Shown: one piece after another, positions 26,803 through 38,829 of the stretch
Layout of the letters: every line of letters begins with the position of its first letter
Numbering within the stretch: the first letter of the stretch is position 1
Source of the DNA: Octopus vulgaris
Lineage: Eukaryota
Direction of reading: 5' to 3'
Length of the DNA stretch: 64,000 nucleotides
Assembly: GCA_951406725.2 (NCBI GenBank)
Contig: OX597817.1
Span: 167,152,001-167,216,000, forward strand
Notes under the pieces: generated by a model
What the model saw: the letters and a program-made list of their open reading frames with translations, nothing else
Told to the model about the DNA's origin: nothing
The model's database searches: none
Made by a program: the position numbers and the translations under genes

Positions 26803-27372
26803 CCCGACGGGCGTCTTTCAGTTTCTGTCGACCAAATCCTCTCACAAGCATTTGGCCGGCTCGAAGCAATAGTATATGACACTTGCCCAAGGTGCCACGC
26901 AGTAGGAGTGAACCCGGAACCATGTCGTTAGTAAGCAAGCTACTAACCACTCAGCCACTCTTGCATATCTAAGACGTTTTCATAAACTTCGAGGCGGTGT
27001 AAAATCAGTTTGTTTGTTTTTTCTTTCGCGAGGAGAAAATGGATTTCGACGTTAACAGAGTTATAAATAAAAGCGTGTAATAATAGAAAATATGGATGAA
27101 CACATGACAGGCGTTCTGCCGTTGGACCAAAGCAATTCCTTCGAATTTCTCTATCCATTTTAGAAATTTTATTTAAATACAGTTAATGTCATGAGTACTT
27201 TCAGAAACTTCGAGAGAACGTGAAATAATTCTTTTTATTGGAACGACAAATCCCAACGCAAAAAAACACACACACACACACACACACACACTGATACATA
27301 TACTCACGCTCACAAAAACACTCACACTGTACATCCACACACACATACACGCATACACATATTTATATACTT

Positions 27373-27374
27373 GA

Positions 27375-27410
<36 letters not shown>

Positions 27411-28000
27411 AGGGAGGGGAGGAAAGAAAGAAAGAAAGAAAAGAAAAGAAAAGAAAGGAAGAAAAAATGAAAGAAACAAAGAGAGAGAGAGAAAGAAAAA
27501 AAAGAAAGAAAGAAAAAGAAAGAAAGAAGTGAGGGGAGGGAAAAGGAGAGAAAGAAAAAAAGAAAAACAGAAAAAGAAAGAAAGAAAGAAAGAATGGAGA
27601 GAAGGAAGGAAATAAAGAAAGAAAGAAACAAAAGAAAAGAAAGGAAGAAAAAATGAAAGAAACAAAGAGAGAGAGAGAGAGAGAGAGAAAGAAAAAAAGA
27701 AAGAAACAAAGGAAAGAAAGAAAGAATGAAAGAAAGAAAGAAAGAAAGAAAGGAAGGAAGGAAGGAAGGAAGGAAGGAAGGAAGGAAGGAAGGGGAGGGA
27801 GAAAGGAAAGGAAAGAAAGAAAGAAGGAAAGAAAGAAGGAAAGAAAGAAAGAAAGAAAGAAAGAAAGGAAGGAAGGAAGGAAGGAAGGAAGAAGTGAGGG
27901 GAGGGAGAAAGGAAAGGAAAGAAAGAAAGAAAGAAAAAAAGAAAGAAGGAAAGAAAGAAAGAAAAAGAAAGAAAGAAAGAAAGAAAACAGGAAAACAAAG
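27373..28000. repeat. Polypurine (GAAA/GGAA/GA) low-complexity tract
   Basis: Direct sequence. Confidence 0.95.
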
Positions 28001-28441
28001 AGAAAAGTGGTGCAGGTGTACCTTAGACAAATTTATTGTCACGCTTTTGTAATATTAGAGATAGCTTCAGGTCAAATGTACGGGAAAAGGTATTAAACTT
28101 TTCAAATAATATCAGATACAGGTGAAATGATAAGTGCAGAGTAAATCAAGGTAAGTGAACCAGAAACAGACTTATATCCTCTTATATTTCTTCCAATAAC
28201 AATGAGTAATATGTTTATTTAGGTCACCTCTTTCTTACAGATTCTTCATATAGAGGCCCCATCAATTTTCCGGCAATTTGCATTCCGGCATTTTGATAAT
28301 CCGTAAATAGGTATGAGTAAGGCTTCTCTATACAATGGTGTCTGGTTTTGGCATAGAGCAAGACATTTTGAAAGAAGCGGGCTAGCGACCCAGTACTTGA
28401 CTGCCAGCGATCCAGTACTTGACTGGTACTTTGTTTCGTCG

Positions 28442-29038
28442 GCGGCGAGCTGGCAGAAACGTTAGCACGCCGGGCGAAATGCTTAGCGGTATTTCGTCTG
28501 CCGTTACGTTCTGAGTTCAAATTCCGCCGAGGTCGACTTTGCCTTTCATCCTTTCGGGGTCGATAAATTAAGTACCAGTTACGTACTGGGTCGATATAAT
28601 CGACCTAATACCTATGTCTGTCCATGTTTGTCCCCTCTGTGTTTGGCCCCTTGTGGGTAATAAAGAAATAGGTATTTCGTCTGCCGTTACGTTCTGAATT
28701 CAAATTCCGCCGAGGTCGACTTAGCCTTTCATCCTTTCGGGGTCGATAAATTAAGTACCAGTTAAGCACTGGGGTCGATATAATCGACTTAATACCTATG
28801 TCTGTCCATGTTTGTCCCCTCTGTGTTTGGCCCCTTGTGGGTAATAAAGAAATAGGTATTTCGTCTGTCGCTACGTTGTGAGTTCAAATTCCGCCGAGGT
28901 CGACTTTGCCTTTCATCCTTTCGGGGTCGATAAATTAGGTACCAGTTACGCACTGGGGTCGATGTAATCGACTTAATACCTATGTCTGTCCTTGTTTGTC
29001 CCCTCTATGTTTAGCCCCTTGTGGGTAATAAAGAAATA
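28442..29038 (+). mobile_element. SINE family A trimer flanked by one 17-bp TSD
   Basis: GGTACTTTGTTTCGTCG at 28425-28441 and 29039-29055. Confidence 0.88.
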
Positions 29039-29191
29039 GGTACTTTGTTTCGTCGACCTTCGAGAGATGAAAGGCAAAGCTAACCTCTGCAAGATTTGAA
29101 ATCAGAACGTGAAGAAGCGGAACAAGTAGTGTCTTATTTTCTTTTTGTGATTTTTCTTTTTTAGGCACAAACTCAACAGTTTTATAGAGAA

Positions 29192-29570
29192 CTAGCAGTA
29201 TCGCCCGGCGTTGCTCAGGTTTGTAAGGGAAATAACTATAAAGCATTTTTAGAGAGTTATAGCCATAAAATAGGAAAAAGATGGAAAAAAATTATGGTAA
29301 ATTTTTTTTAGTTAAAAAAGGTGGAGTTGCGTCCCCTAGACAGTTTGCGGTTTGTGTTTCTAATTCTCGACCCCATGTCGAATTTATCGACTCTTTTCAG
29401 AACTGGGGGAACTTTTCAAAATTTTCGCTGCGTTAGTTTTGAATTATGACATTGGGCTATGTGTGTGTCAAGTTTCATCAGAATCGGTTGAAAGCCGTGG
29501 TCAGGGTGAGGGTACAAGCAAACAGACACACAGAAACACGCACAGACAAACTGCCGTTTATATATAGAGA
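29192..29570 (-). mobile_element. Non-autonomous Helitron
   Basis: Reverse copy of the 21844/44449 family. Confidence 0.88.
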
Positions 29571-30060
29571 TTACCTCAGATTTTTTATGAGAGGATATTT
29601 CGTGCAATCAATCCGACACAAAGGTATAGAAAAAACGATAGCGCACCTACACTCACGCAATCATACATACACACACATACACATACGTATGTATGTCTGT
29701 ACGTATGTATGTGTAAATATATTTATATATGCATATTTATGCATATATATACTTACATATTTATATATATATATATATGTCTTGACAATTATTTTGTCGT
29801 ATTTACATACCGAAATTTACCGGTAAATAAATGTTGGTTACATGAAAAACCACAGGAAAATTATTTACCATTTTTATTGTATTACCATGTGGATTCCTCA
29901 TTCCATTACGATTACCCAGAAGGCGCGCATGGCAGAATTTTGGAGGGAAAATTTACGTTCCCAGTCGTTACTTGGTTTTAACATCTGCGCACTTCCCCCC
30001 ACTATCTGATGTCGCTGGGTCAGAAGTGAGGGCTGGTGGCATTTGATAAAGCTAACGAAT

Positions 30061-30131
30061 ATAGCGCTGAAGAAGGAATTCAAACTCCCTTTTTTTATAT
30101 GTTTGTGATCCAGAAACACCGTGTTCGCTAT
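30061..30131 (+). ncRNA. Type I hammerhead ribozyme
   Basis: AUAGCG CUGAAGA AGGA...UCCA GAAACAC-C-GUGUU CGCUAU: 6-bp stem I, GUU triplet, weak stem II. Confidence 0.7.
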
Positions 30132-30308
30132 TAACGGTAAGTGACTGAATTCGTATATTTGCCACTCCGGTTTTGTGTATGTGAGCCGCAAGGGCCTTCG
30201 TTTTTGGAATCTCCACTTATAGAAATGGAAAAAACGGTCTTTGACTGCCATTTCTAATTCCTTCGGTATGAGGCGAAACAGCTTGCTGCTAGCCAACTTA
30301 TTTTTCTT

Positions 30309-30345
<37 letters not shown>

Positions 30346-30346
30346 T

Positions 30347-30725
30347 TATATTAAATTAGAGACAAAACCACTATTAGGTAAATCAAACAATGAAATATTT
30401 AAGCCAATACATATGATTAATTTATATTATTTAAATATATAACAAAATTATTAAAAAAATATAATTAACATCACACTACGATCGTTTCATGCCTGCTAAC
30501 ATCTTCAAATTTTTGAGTCGCAGTCATTCATCAGGTGGTTTAAATAGACTGCGACTCAAAAATTTGAAGATGTTAGCAGGCATGAAACGATCATAGTGTG
30601 ATATTAATTATATTTTTTTAATAATTTTGTTATATATTTAAATAATATAAATTAATCTTATGTATTGGCTTAAGTTTTTCATTGTTTGATTTGCCTAATA
30701 GTGGTTTTGTCTCTAATTTAATATA
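30347..30725. repeat. ~180-bp-arm fold-back element with hammerhead, between (TA)n tracts
   Basis: 30347-30525 inverted vs 30547-30725. Confidence 0.9.
30474..30537 (-). ncRNA. Type I hammerhead ribozyme
   Basis: CAC CUGAUGA AUGaCUGC...GCAGgCAU GAAACGAUCGUA GUG: palindromic ACGAUCGU stem III, GUA triplet. Confidence 0.8.
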
Positions 30726-30809
30726 ATATAATATTTTACTATAAAATTGGATTCAATCCTAAATCTGATTTTTCCCTGTAAGTTTGGATTTATTCCCTAA
30801 TATTTATTA

Positions 30810-30855
<46 letters not shown>

Positions 30856-30862
30856 CATACAT

Positions 30863-30893
<31 letters not shown>

Positions 30894-30991
30894 AGAAGTA
30901 ATAGTGTCATTGAGACCCAAAGGTGTCGGTTAATGCTGAGTGAGTGCTATATACAGACCATAGTTAAGGTTCAGGGTTGGTCATATATCAG

Positions 30992-31143
30992 CGTGTGTAT
31001 ATAAGAATTTTTTGCGTAATGCGATAAAAAAAAAAACAAGGCTGTGTTGATATCAGAACATTTATAGATAGAAGGTCAATCTATAAATGTTCTAATATCT
31101 ACACATGCTTGGCATTTTATCTCATTACGCAAAAAATTCTTAT

Positions 31144-31149
<6 letters not shown>
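30992..31149. repeat. ~155-bp imperfect hairpin
   Basis: TATAAGAATTTTTTGCGTAATG / CATTACGCAAAAAATTCTTATA outer arms and AGAACATTTATAGAT / ATCTATAAATGTTCT inner arms. Confidence 0.75.
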
Positions 31150-31193
<44 letters not shown>

Positions 31194-32999
31194 CAATTGT
31201 GATAACCATATTTTAACACAACAAAGCTTGTACAAAGCTTTACATTTTACTTTTGATAATCATTTTTTTTAAAAAGTGAAGCTGGTCAAGTCAATAAACA
31301 CCCCTAAAAGACCTCTGCATTTTCAAACCCTCTTTGCTATAAATATGTGTGTGTGCGTATCACTCTATCGACCAGACTCTAAGATGTGGTGTTATACACC
31401 ACTGGTCACCATGCGATTCCACGTATTGTTGTGTCTTTCGAAAGATTCTACCCCGCTGGCTAGGCGAGCAAGCCTACATTTCTCCTGAACAGGACACCAC
31501 TCCTTTCCATGATTACACATTTACAGCTGAGTGGACTGGAGCAACATGAAATGAAGTGTTTTGCTCAAGACCACAACGCGTCGCCCAGTCCAGGAATCGA
31601 AACCGCAATTTTACGATTATGACTCCAACACCCTAACCACTGAACCACGCACCTTCACATATATATGTGGCGTGCTAATTATGTTTGGGTTGCTATCATG
31701 GTGGGTTGCTATCGGAAGGTGTTTTGGAGGACATTTTGTTGATTAAATTTGAGGTAATGTTATTGTTTAGAATTTATTCATATACGTAGAAACTTCTAAG
31801 CAAGTGTGCATATTTAGGAGTGTCCTTTTTGTTAGGTATGTACAGGATATGTTAGTATTTTTATTCACTTTTTGGCTTTATTGGATTTAATGCTTTCCTT
31901 TGACAATGTAAAAGTCTAAGGTACAGAGTTCATTATTTAAAACCTTAGTTATTGGGTGTGTCAACATTTGTTGTAATGGAATTTTTTAGGAGTTCATAAA
32001 GATTGTACGTAGCGAGTATGATTTAGCTCTGCGTTTCTCGACTACTTTTTATCTGTGGACCCCTTTGATTACTATTTTATTCTGGTGGGCCCCCATTGCT
32101 ATAGAATGTTTCATAACTAGTTTTCTAGAAACTTCTTTCAAGATTCCTGTTTGGTTTTTCACATAACCTGCCTAGGTTGAGCTACATAAAATGTTAGAGA
32201 AACAAACCTAGCTGTTTCTTGCAATACATACCAATACATACATCTAAAGCAGAATTTTTTCAGGGTCCCTTAAAATACTATTGAGGATCATTGGCAAACT
32301 CCAGAGGTGACACTTTCATTTCCCCTTAACCCTCACGTCACACAGTTGTTAATGTTTATTTGAGTTGGGTCACGCCCTTCCAATTGCTATAGATCCGTAA
32401 TGCATCTTACGGCTGTATCGGTCACCTGTAAGGTGAGGAATCCTACATTGGAGAGTGGTAACGACTAGGGTAGGGTAGCTGACTGATTTTTGTGATCATT
32501 CATCTTTTGGTTTCCTGTAGCTTTGCTTTCTGTTACAAACTCAGTGAACATTCATATATTCCCAATTCCAAAGAAATTTGAACAATAGATATAAGTCACA
32601 AGTTAAAAATGATTTCCAACAATTCAACTTCTCTATTTGACTTTAAGATCCCCCCACTCCAAGAGGGGCATTAACTCACACATTTTAGAGCTCTATGTGC
32701 TCCATTTTCCAGGAGCAAAAACCTTTCAATGGGTTTTATAAGATTTGGGTTTTGGAATCTGGGCATAAAGATCAGTAGTATGGGATAAATATATCAAGAT
32801 TAGGATTTTTGTTAGGGTGTGTAAAGAGGGAAAGAACCCCCCCCCCCCCATTAAAATTCTTAATCTCCAATTTTGCTGAAATTCGAACCATAGGTATTCC
32901 AGTTCATTGGAGAAAATATAAAAGAAAAATCTAATTCTTTAATTTCATTTGACACAGGCAACGTCGGATATCTCTGCTAGTGTTCGATAAAAATGACTT

Positions 33000-34510
33000 A
33001 AAACAAAAAACGGCCTTTGAGCTGCATATTCATCTTGGGAAAGAGTTGAAAGTCCATAGGTGCCAAATCTGGCGAATATGGTAGGTGGGGAGTGATACCA
33101 TGTTGCTTTTGGCGAGAAACTCACGAGTGAGGAGAACTCGTTGACAGGGTGCATTGTCGTCGTGAAGAATCCAATTCTTCGCACTCTACAGATCCGGTCG
33201 CTTTCACCGAATGTCCTCCTTCATACGTTTCAAAGTATTGCAGTAGAACTTTCGATTGACGGTCTGGCCCCGGGGGACGAATTGTCGATGCACAACACCG
33301 TGGATATCGGGAGGTAAAACGATTAGCATGCTCTTGATTGAGCTGCGGCTTTGTCATGTCGTCTTCGATCTTGGAATTTGATGGCTCGTCCATTGTGACG
33401 ACTGCTGCTTCGTCCCAGGGTCGTATCCGTAGACCCAACTATCGTTACCGGTAGTGATCCTCGAATTGAAAGATGGATCATCAGTGGCAAGTTAACGGAG
33501 ATCTTTACAAACTTCGACGCGATGTTCTTTCTGCTCAGTGATCAGCAAGCGTGAGACAAACTTGGCAGAGACACGCTGCGTGTTCAATTCAGACGTTAGG
33601 ATTGCCTGCACAGACCCATACGGCAAACCGACATCAGCAATATCGTTAATTGTCCTCCGGTGATCTTCATACACAAGCTGATGAATTTTCGCAACATTTC
33701 TCGGGTTGACGCTCGTGACAGGTCTTCCAGAAGGCGGTGAGCTGGCAGAAACGTTAGCGCGCCGGGCGAAATGCTTAGCGGTATTTCGTCTGCCGTTACG
33801 TTCTGAGTTCAAATTCCGCCGAGGTCGACTTTGCCTTTCATCCTTTCGGGGTTGATAAATTAATAACTAGTTACGCACAGGGGTCGATGTAATCGACTTA
33901 ATACCTATGTCTGTCCTTGTTTGTCCCCTCTGTGTTTAGCCCCTTGTGGGTAATAAAAAATAGGTATTTCGTCTGCCGTTACGTTCTGAGTTCAAATTCC
34001 GCCGAGGTCGACTTTGCCTTTCATCCTTTCGGGGTCGATAAATTAAGTACCAGTTACGCACTGGGGTCTATATAATCGATCGACTTAATCCCTTTGTCTG
34101 TCCTTGTTTGTCCCCTCTATATTTAGCCCCTTGCGGGCAATAAAGAAATAAGGTCTTCCAGACCGCTCATCATCTTCCGTGCCCGTCCTCCCGATTTTGA
34201 AGCGCCCGTTCCACTCAAAACATTGCGTACGACCCATTGCCTCGTCATCGTAATCTTGCCGAAGCATGTCCAATGTCTCTGTAGCAAACTTCCCAAGTTT
34301 AACGCAAAAATTCACGTCGGCTCTTTGTTCCAACTTCCTGTTCCTGACAAAATCGCAGACTACAGCACACACGTGACCACAAAAACACAAAATTCACAAC
34401 TTGTGAAGTGAACAGAGCAATGTCACTCGGCACACTGCCTTATGAAGGTCACTGCTAACTCTCAATATGCATGCAACCATATGCTGCCATCTGTTGGCGT
34501 GCTACAGAAC
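33000..34510 (-). mobile_element. Degenerate mariner transposase split by a SINE A dimer (33732-34150)
   Basis: EQRADVNFCVKLGK..EDDERSGRP HTH and downstream motifs; 12-bp TSD AGGTCTTCCAGA at 33720 and 34151. Confidence 0.85.
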
Positions 34511-34542
34511 TAGATATCTGAATAACTCACAAACGGCTATTT

Positions 34543-34635
<93 letters not shown>

Positions 34636-34844
34636 GCAAACACACGCACACACTGAAACTGTGTGTGTATGTGCGTGTATGTGTGGTTTGTTAGAAGTTT
34701 GATTCGGTTCGGCGCAACTTAAGGTTTTGTGAGCTCGTAAAACGGACCTAGGTAACCTAAGCCTGACAAACTAGGTTTGTTTTATGAGTCTACCAAACTT
34801 TAAGTTACATAGATCCAAATCAAACTGTTATTAAAATAATCCTT

Positions 34845-35795
34845 TCTACAACAGGCACAATGCCTGAAATTTTTGAGGAGAGGGGGGATATTCGATTACA
34901 TCGACCCCTGTGCGTAACTGGTACTTATTTCGTCGAGCCCAAAAGAATGAAAGGCAAAGTCGACCTCGGCGGAATTTGAACTCAGATTTGAGCGGCAGAC
35001 GAAATATCTATTTCTTTACTACCCACAAGGGGCTAAACACAGAGGGGACAAACAAGGACAGACAAACGGATTAAGTCGATTGTATCGACCCCAGTGCGTA
35101 ACTGCTACTTAATTTATCGACCCCGAAAGGATGAAAGGCAAAGTCGACCTCGGCGGAATTTGAACTCACAACGTAACGGCAGACGAAATACCTATTTCTT
35201 TATTGCCCACAAGGGGCTAAACACAGAGGGGACAAACAAGGACAGACAAACGGATTAAGTCCGATTGTATCGACCCCAGTGCGTAACTGGTACTTAATTT
35301 ATCGACCCCGAAAGGATGAAAGGCAAAGTCGACCTCGGCGGAATTTGAACTCACAACGTAACGGCAGACGAAATACCTATTTCTTTATTGCCCACAAGGG
35401 GCTAAACACAGAGGGGACAAACAAGGACAGACAAACGGATTAAGTCCGATTGTATCGACCCCAGTGCGTAACTGGTACTTAATTTATCGACCCCGAAAGG
35501 ATGAAAGGCAAAGTCGACCTCGGCGGAATTTGAACTCACAACGTAACGGCAGACGAAATACCTATTTCTTTATTGCCCACAAGGGGCTAAACACAGAGGG
35601 GACAAACAAGGACAGACAAACGGATTAAGTCCGATTGTATCGACCCCAGTGCGTAACTGGTACTTAATTTATCGACTCCGAAAGGATGAAAGGCAAAGTC
35701 GACCTCGGCGGAATTTGAACTCAGAACGTGGCGGCAGACGAAATACGGTTACGCATTTCGCCCGGCGTGCTAACGTTTCTGCCAGCTCGCCGCCT
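34845..35795 (-). mobile_element. SINE family A multimer (185-bp unit, ~5 copies)
   Basis: Near-identical units at 35191, 35376, 35561. Confidence 0.88.
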
Positions 35796-36244
35796 TAACT
35801 GTCATTAAAATGACATATGTAACTGAGTGTCACTTTCGTTTCTTTGTCCACTCATTAGTATATATATATGTGTGTGTATGTGTATGTGCATACATGCATA
35901 CATACATGTACCTGTCAACAAATCTTAGTTGATTCATACAAATCTAGGGCTCGACGGAACATATAAAATAACTTAAATACTGTCAATGCGCAGTTGTGAA
36001 ATGGAATTATAAATCAAGATTTTAATTAGTGCAGTAACAAAAATGAAACGTTTACTAATGTTGTCAATACCTTGAGGTTATCATATTCGTCAGGCAGAAA
36101 TTAAATACAAAATTTAAAAAAGAACTGCGCTTATTTATTAGTATCTGAACTGGATTACTGATGTTAGTAATATGATACGCCATTTAAGAAAATGTATCAG
36201 GCAACTATAACGTTTTCTATCGTTGGCCCACACCTTGTAAACTT

Positions 36245-36590
36245 TTGCAGAAGTATATAACCGCAACAAAATATATTTCATGGTTTCGTGGATCAAAATG
36301 CAATATATATGGGAAACTACCACCTGTGTCATCTCTTGTGAAAGGTAGGAGAGTCCAGTTTGCTGGACATTGTTGTAGAGCTGAAAAAGAAGTAATTTCT
36401 ACTCTTCTCCTCTGGAAGCCATCTACTCGCAATACCAGAGGGCGCACACTCTCCTACCCTGATGTAATCTCCAGGGATACAGGCATCTAACAACAGGACC
36501 TCCGTAATGCTATGATGGACCGTGAAGTCTGGCGTAACATAGTAAATTCCATTGTCTCGACCACGGTCGAACAATGATGATGATGATGGA
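36245..36590 (+). mobile_element. RTE-type LINE 3' end with (TGA)n tail
   Basis: IYGKLPPVSSLVKGRRVQFAGHCCR...AMMDREVW. Confidence 0.8.
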
Positions 36591-36998
36591 TCAAGGAATC
36601 AGGACAGGCAAAATAGGATTCTTGAGGAATTGAACACATAAAAGAAAGTTAAAAATAAGCTTTTCTGCAAAAGGCATAAGACCTGTAATTTTAAGGGAGA
36701 GGATTAGTCGATTGCATCGACCCCAGCGCTCAACTGGTACTTATTTTATCGACTCCGAAGAATGAAAGGAAAAGTCAGCCTCAGCTGATTGCAAATTTTG
36801 GCACAGGGCCAGCAGTTTGGGAGGAATGGGTAAATCGATCACATCAACCCAGGTGTTCAACTGGTACCTGTTTTATGGAGCCCGAAAGGATGAAAGGCGA
36901 AGTCAACTTCAGCAGAATTTGAACTCAAAATATAAAGACGAACGAAGTGCCGGCGTGCTAACGATTCTTCCAGCTCAACGCCTTAGCAATATCAGAAT

Positions 36999-37421
36999 CT
37001 AGCAGTATAGCCCGGCGTTGCTCGGGTTTGTTTTTTAGTTGCGCTTAAAACGGCAGACTTTGATGTCGCGTTAACAAAGTTTTGACATAATTTCAATCTT
37101 TTTTGAAAAGTAAAAATTTTGCATTATGTAGTTTGTTATTCTCTTTAAGTGAACATTTTTCTGGTTGAAATACACTGAAAAATGGCGACACAGCAGTCAA
37201 AAAATTGGAATTTTCGTAGAAAAAAATCACCTTTTTGTTGTAAAAAATTTTTGGTGTTAACATGGTCCGATTTGAATTGTTTCTTCTACGGAATGAAGAA
37301 GCAAGCCTTCTATCATACTCTCAATTTTGGTCAACTTGCGCCGCAGGGTCTCGAAGGAGATAGTGTTAGTTGAAGGCTACCAAACCTGCCATACACACAC
37401 ATACAGCTTTATGTGTATAGA
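36999..37421 (-). mobile_element. Non-autonomous Helitron-like element sharing the 3' hairpin-CTAG end
   Basis: CTAGCAGTATAGCCCGGCGTTGCTCGGG terminus; TC-type far end. Confidence 0.7.
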
Positions 37422-37845
37422 TAATTATTTCCTCTATAGCCACAAGGCCTAGAATTTGTGGAGATGGGTATAGTTGATTATATCGATCCCGGTGCTTGAC
37501 TGGTTCTTATTTTATTGACCTCAAATGATAACAGGAAAAGTTGACCTCGGCAGAGTTTGAACTCAAAACTTAAAGACGAGTGAAGTGCCGCTACACATTT
37601 TTTCCGGCGTGCTAACGATTCTGCCAGCTCGCAGCCTTAGGAACGTTAAAAATAATAGCAACAAAGCATTTAGAACTACGTTCTAAGCAAGTGATTATCC
37701 TAAATGTCATGGTGGTGAAACGGCTTCTCGTCTGAAAACTGTTGCATTTGATTTACTTAAGTCATAAATGGTATTAGTGAAGACATGAATGCCACAGATT
37801 TCTATTTCTGCCACTCCCCAAAAAAAATTGAATTAAATTTAAAAA

Positions 37846-37916
<71 letters not shown>

Positions 37917-38093
37917 TTTAATTTAACTTAAAAAAAATTTTTTTTTAAATGAACGAACTATTGAGTTTGGTTTCATGGCCTACCAATGTATACTATGAGT
38001 TTCTTTGTCCTAGGAGTCGGGAAGACACTCGGCAAGAAATGGAAGCAAATTTGAAAGAAGAAAAAAAAAGTAATAATAATAATAATAATAATG

Positions 38094-38160
<67 letters not shown>

Positions 38161-38180
38161 TAATAATAATAATAATAATG

Positions 38181-38244
<64 letters not shown>

Positions 38245-38579
38245 GACTAAAACAATACCTGTTGTCATAGGTGCCTTGGAAACGATAGCAAAGGGGGCTG
38301 ATTGCTACCTAGCTCAGATACCAGGAAACCCCAAAAGGCAGAAATTCAAAAGATAGTTCTCATGGGAACTGCCCATATACTACGCAAAATACTTTCTATG
38401 TAATCTCAAATTTTAAAACAAACATAATTTTCTTATGGTTTCTTAAACATTCTCTAGAACAAAACTATGTACAAAACCAGGCTTAACACCAACATGAATT
38501 TCCAACTTGTTGTCTCTTGAGTTCTCTGGGTGAAACTTGGAGCCAAATTGTACAAACGTAAAGCAAAAGTCAAACATAA

Positions 38580-38580
<1 letters not shown>
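38245..38580 (+). mobile_element. 5'-truncated R4/Dong element embedded in (TAA)n
   Basis: TIPVVIGAL...EIQKIVLMGTAHILRKIL*; (AAT)n on both sides. Confidence 0.8.
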
Positions 38581-38645
<65 letters not shown>

Positions 38646-38829
38646 CTGAGTCAATAATAATTACTTAAGTCACAAATGGCACTTAGTGAGGGCATGAATA
38701 TCACGAGTCCTATTTCTGCTACCAATTTCCGAATTACCCATTTCTGCCTCAAATGATTCCAAATGAAGGTATGAATGTCAGAATCCTATTTCTACTACTC
38801 CCCAAAATATTCTAGGTTTCTGTTGTGTC

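Noticed and set aside
27173-28096. Long F/L/S and K/E/R ORFs
   Set aside because: Translations of a polypurine low-complexity tract
29898-30296. 132-aa minus-strand ORF
   Set aside because: No recognisable domain; antisense to a hammerhead-bearing element
32380-32460. Possible GIY-YIG fragment (EESYIGE)
   Set aside because: Too short and flanked by stops; cannot support a Penelope endonuclease call
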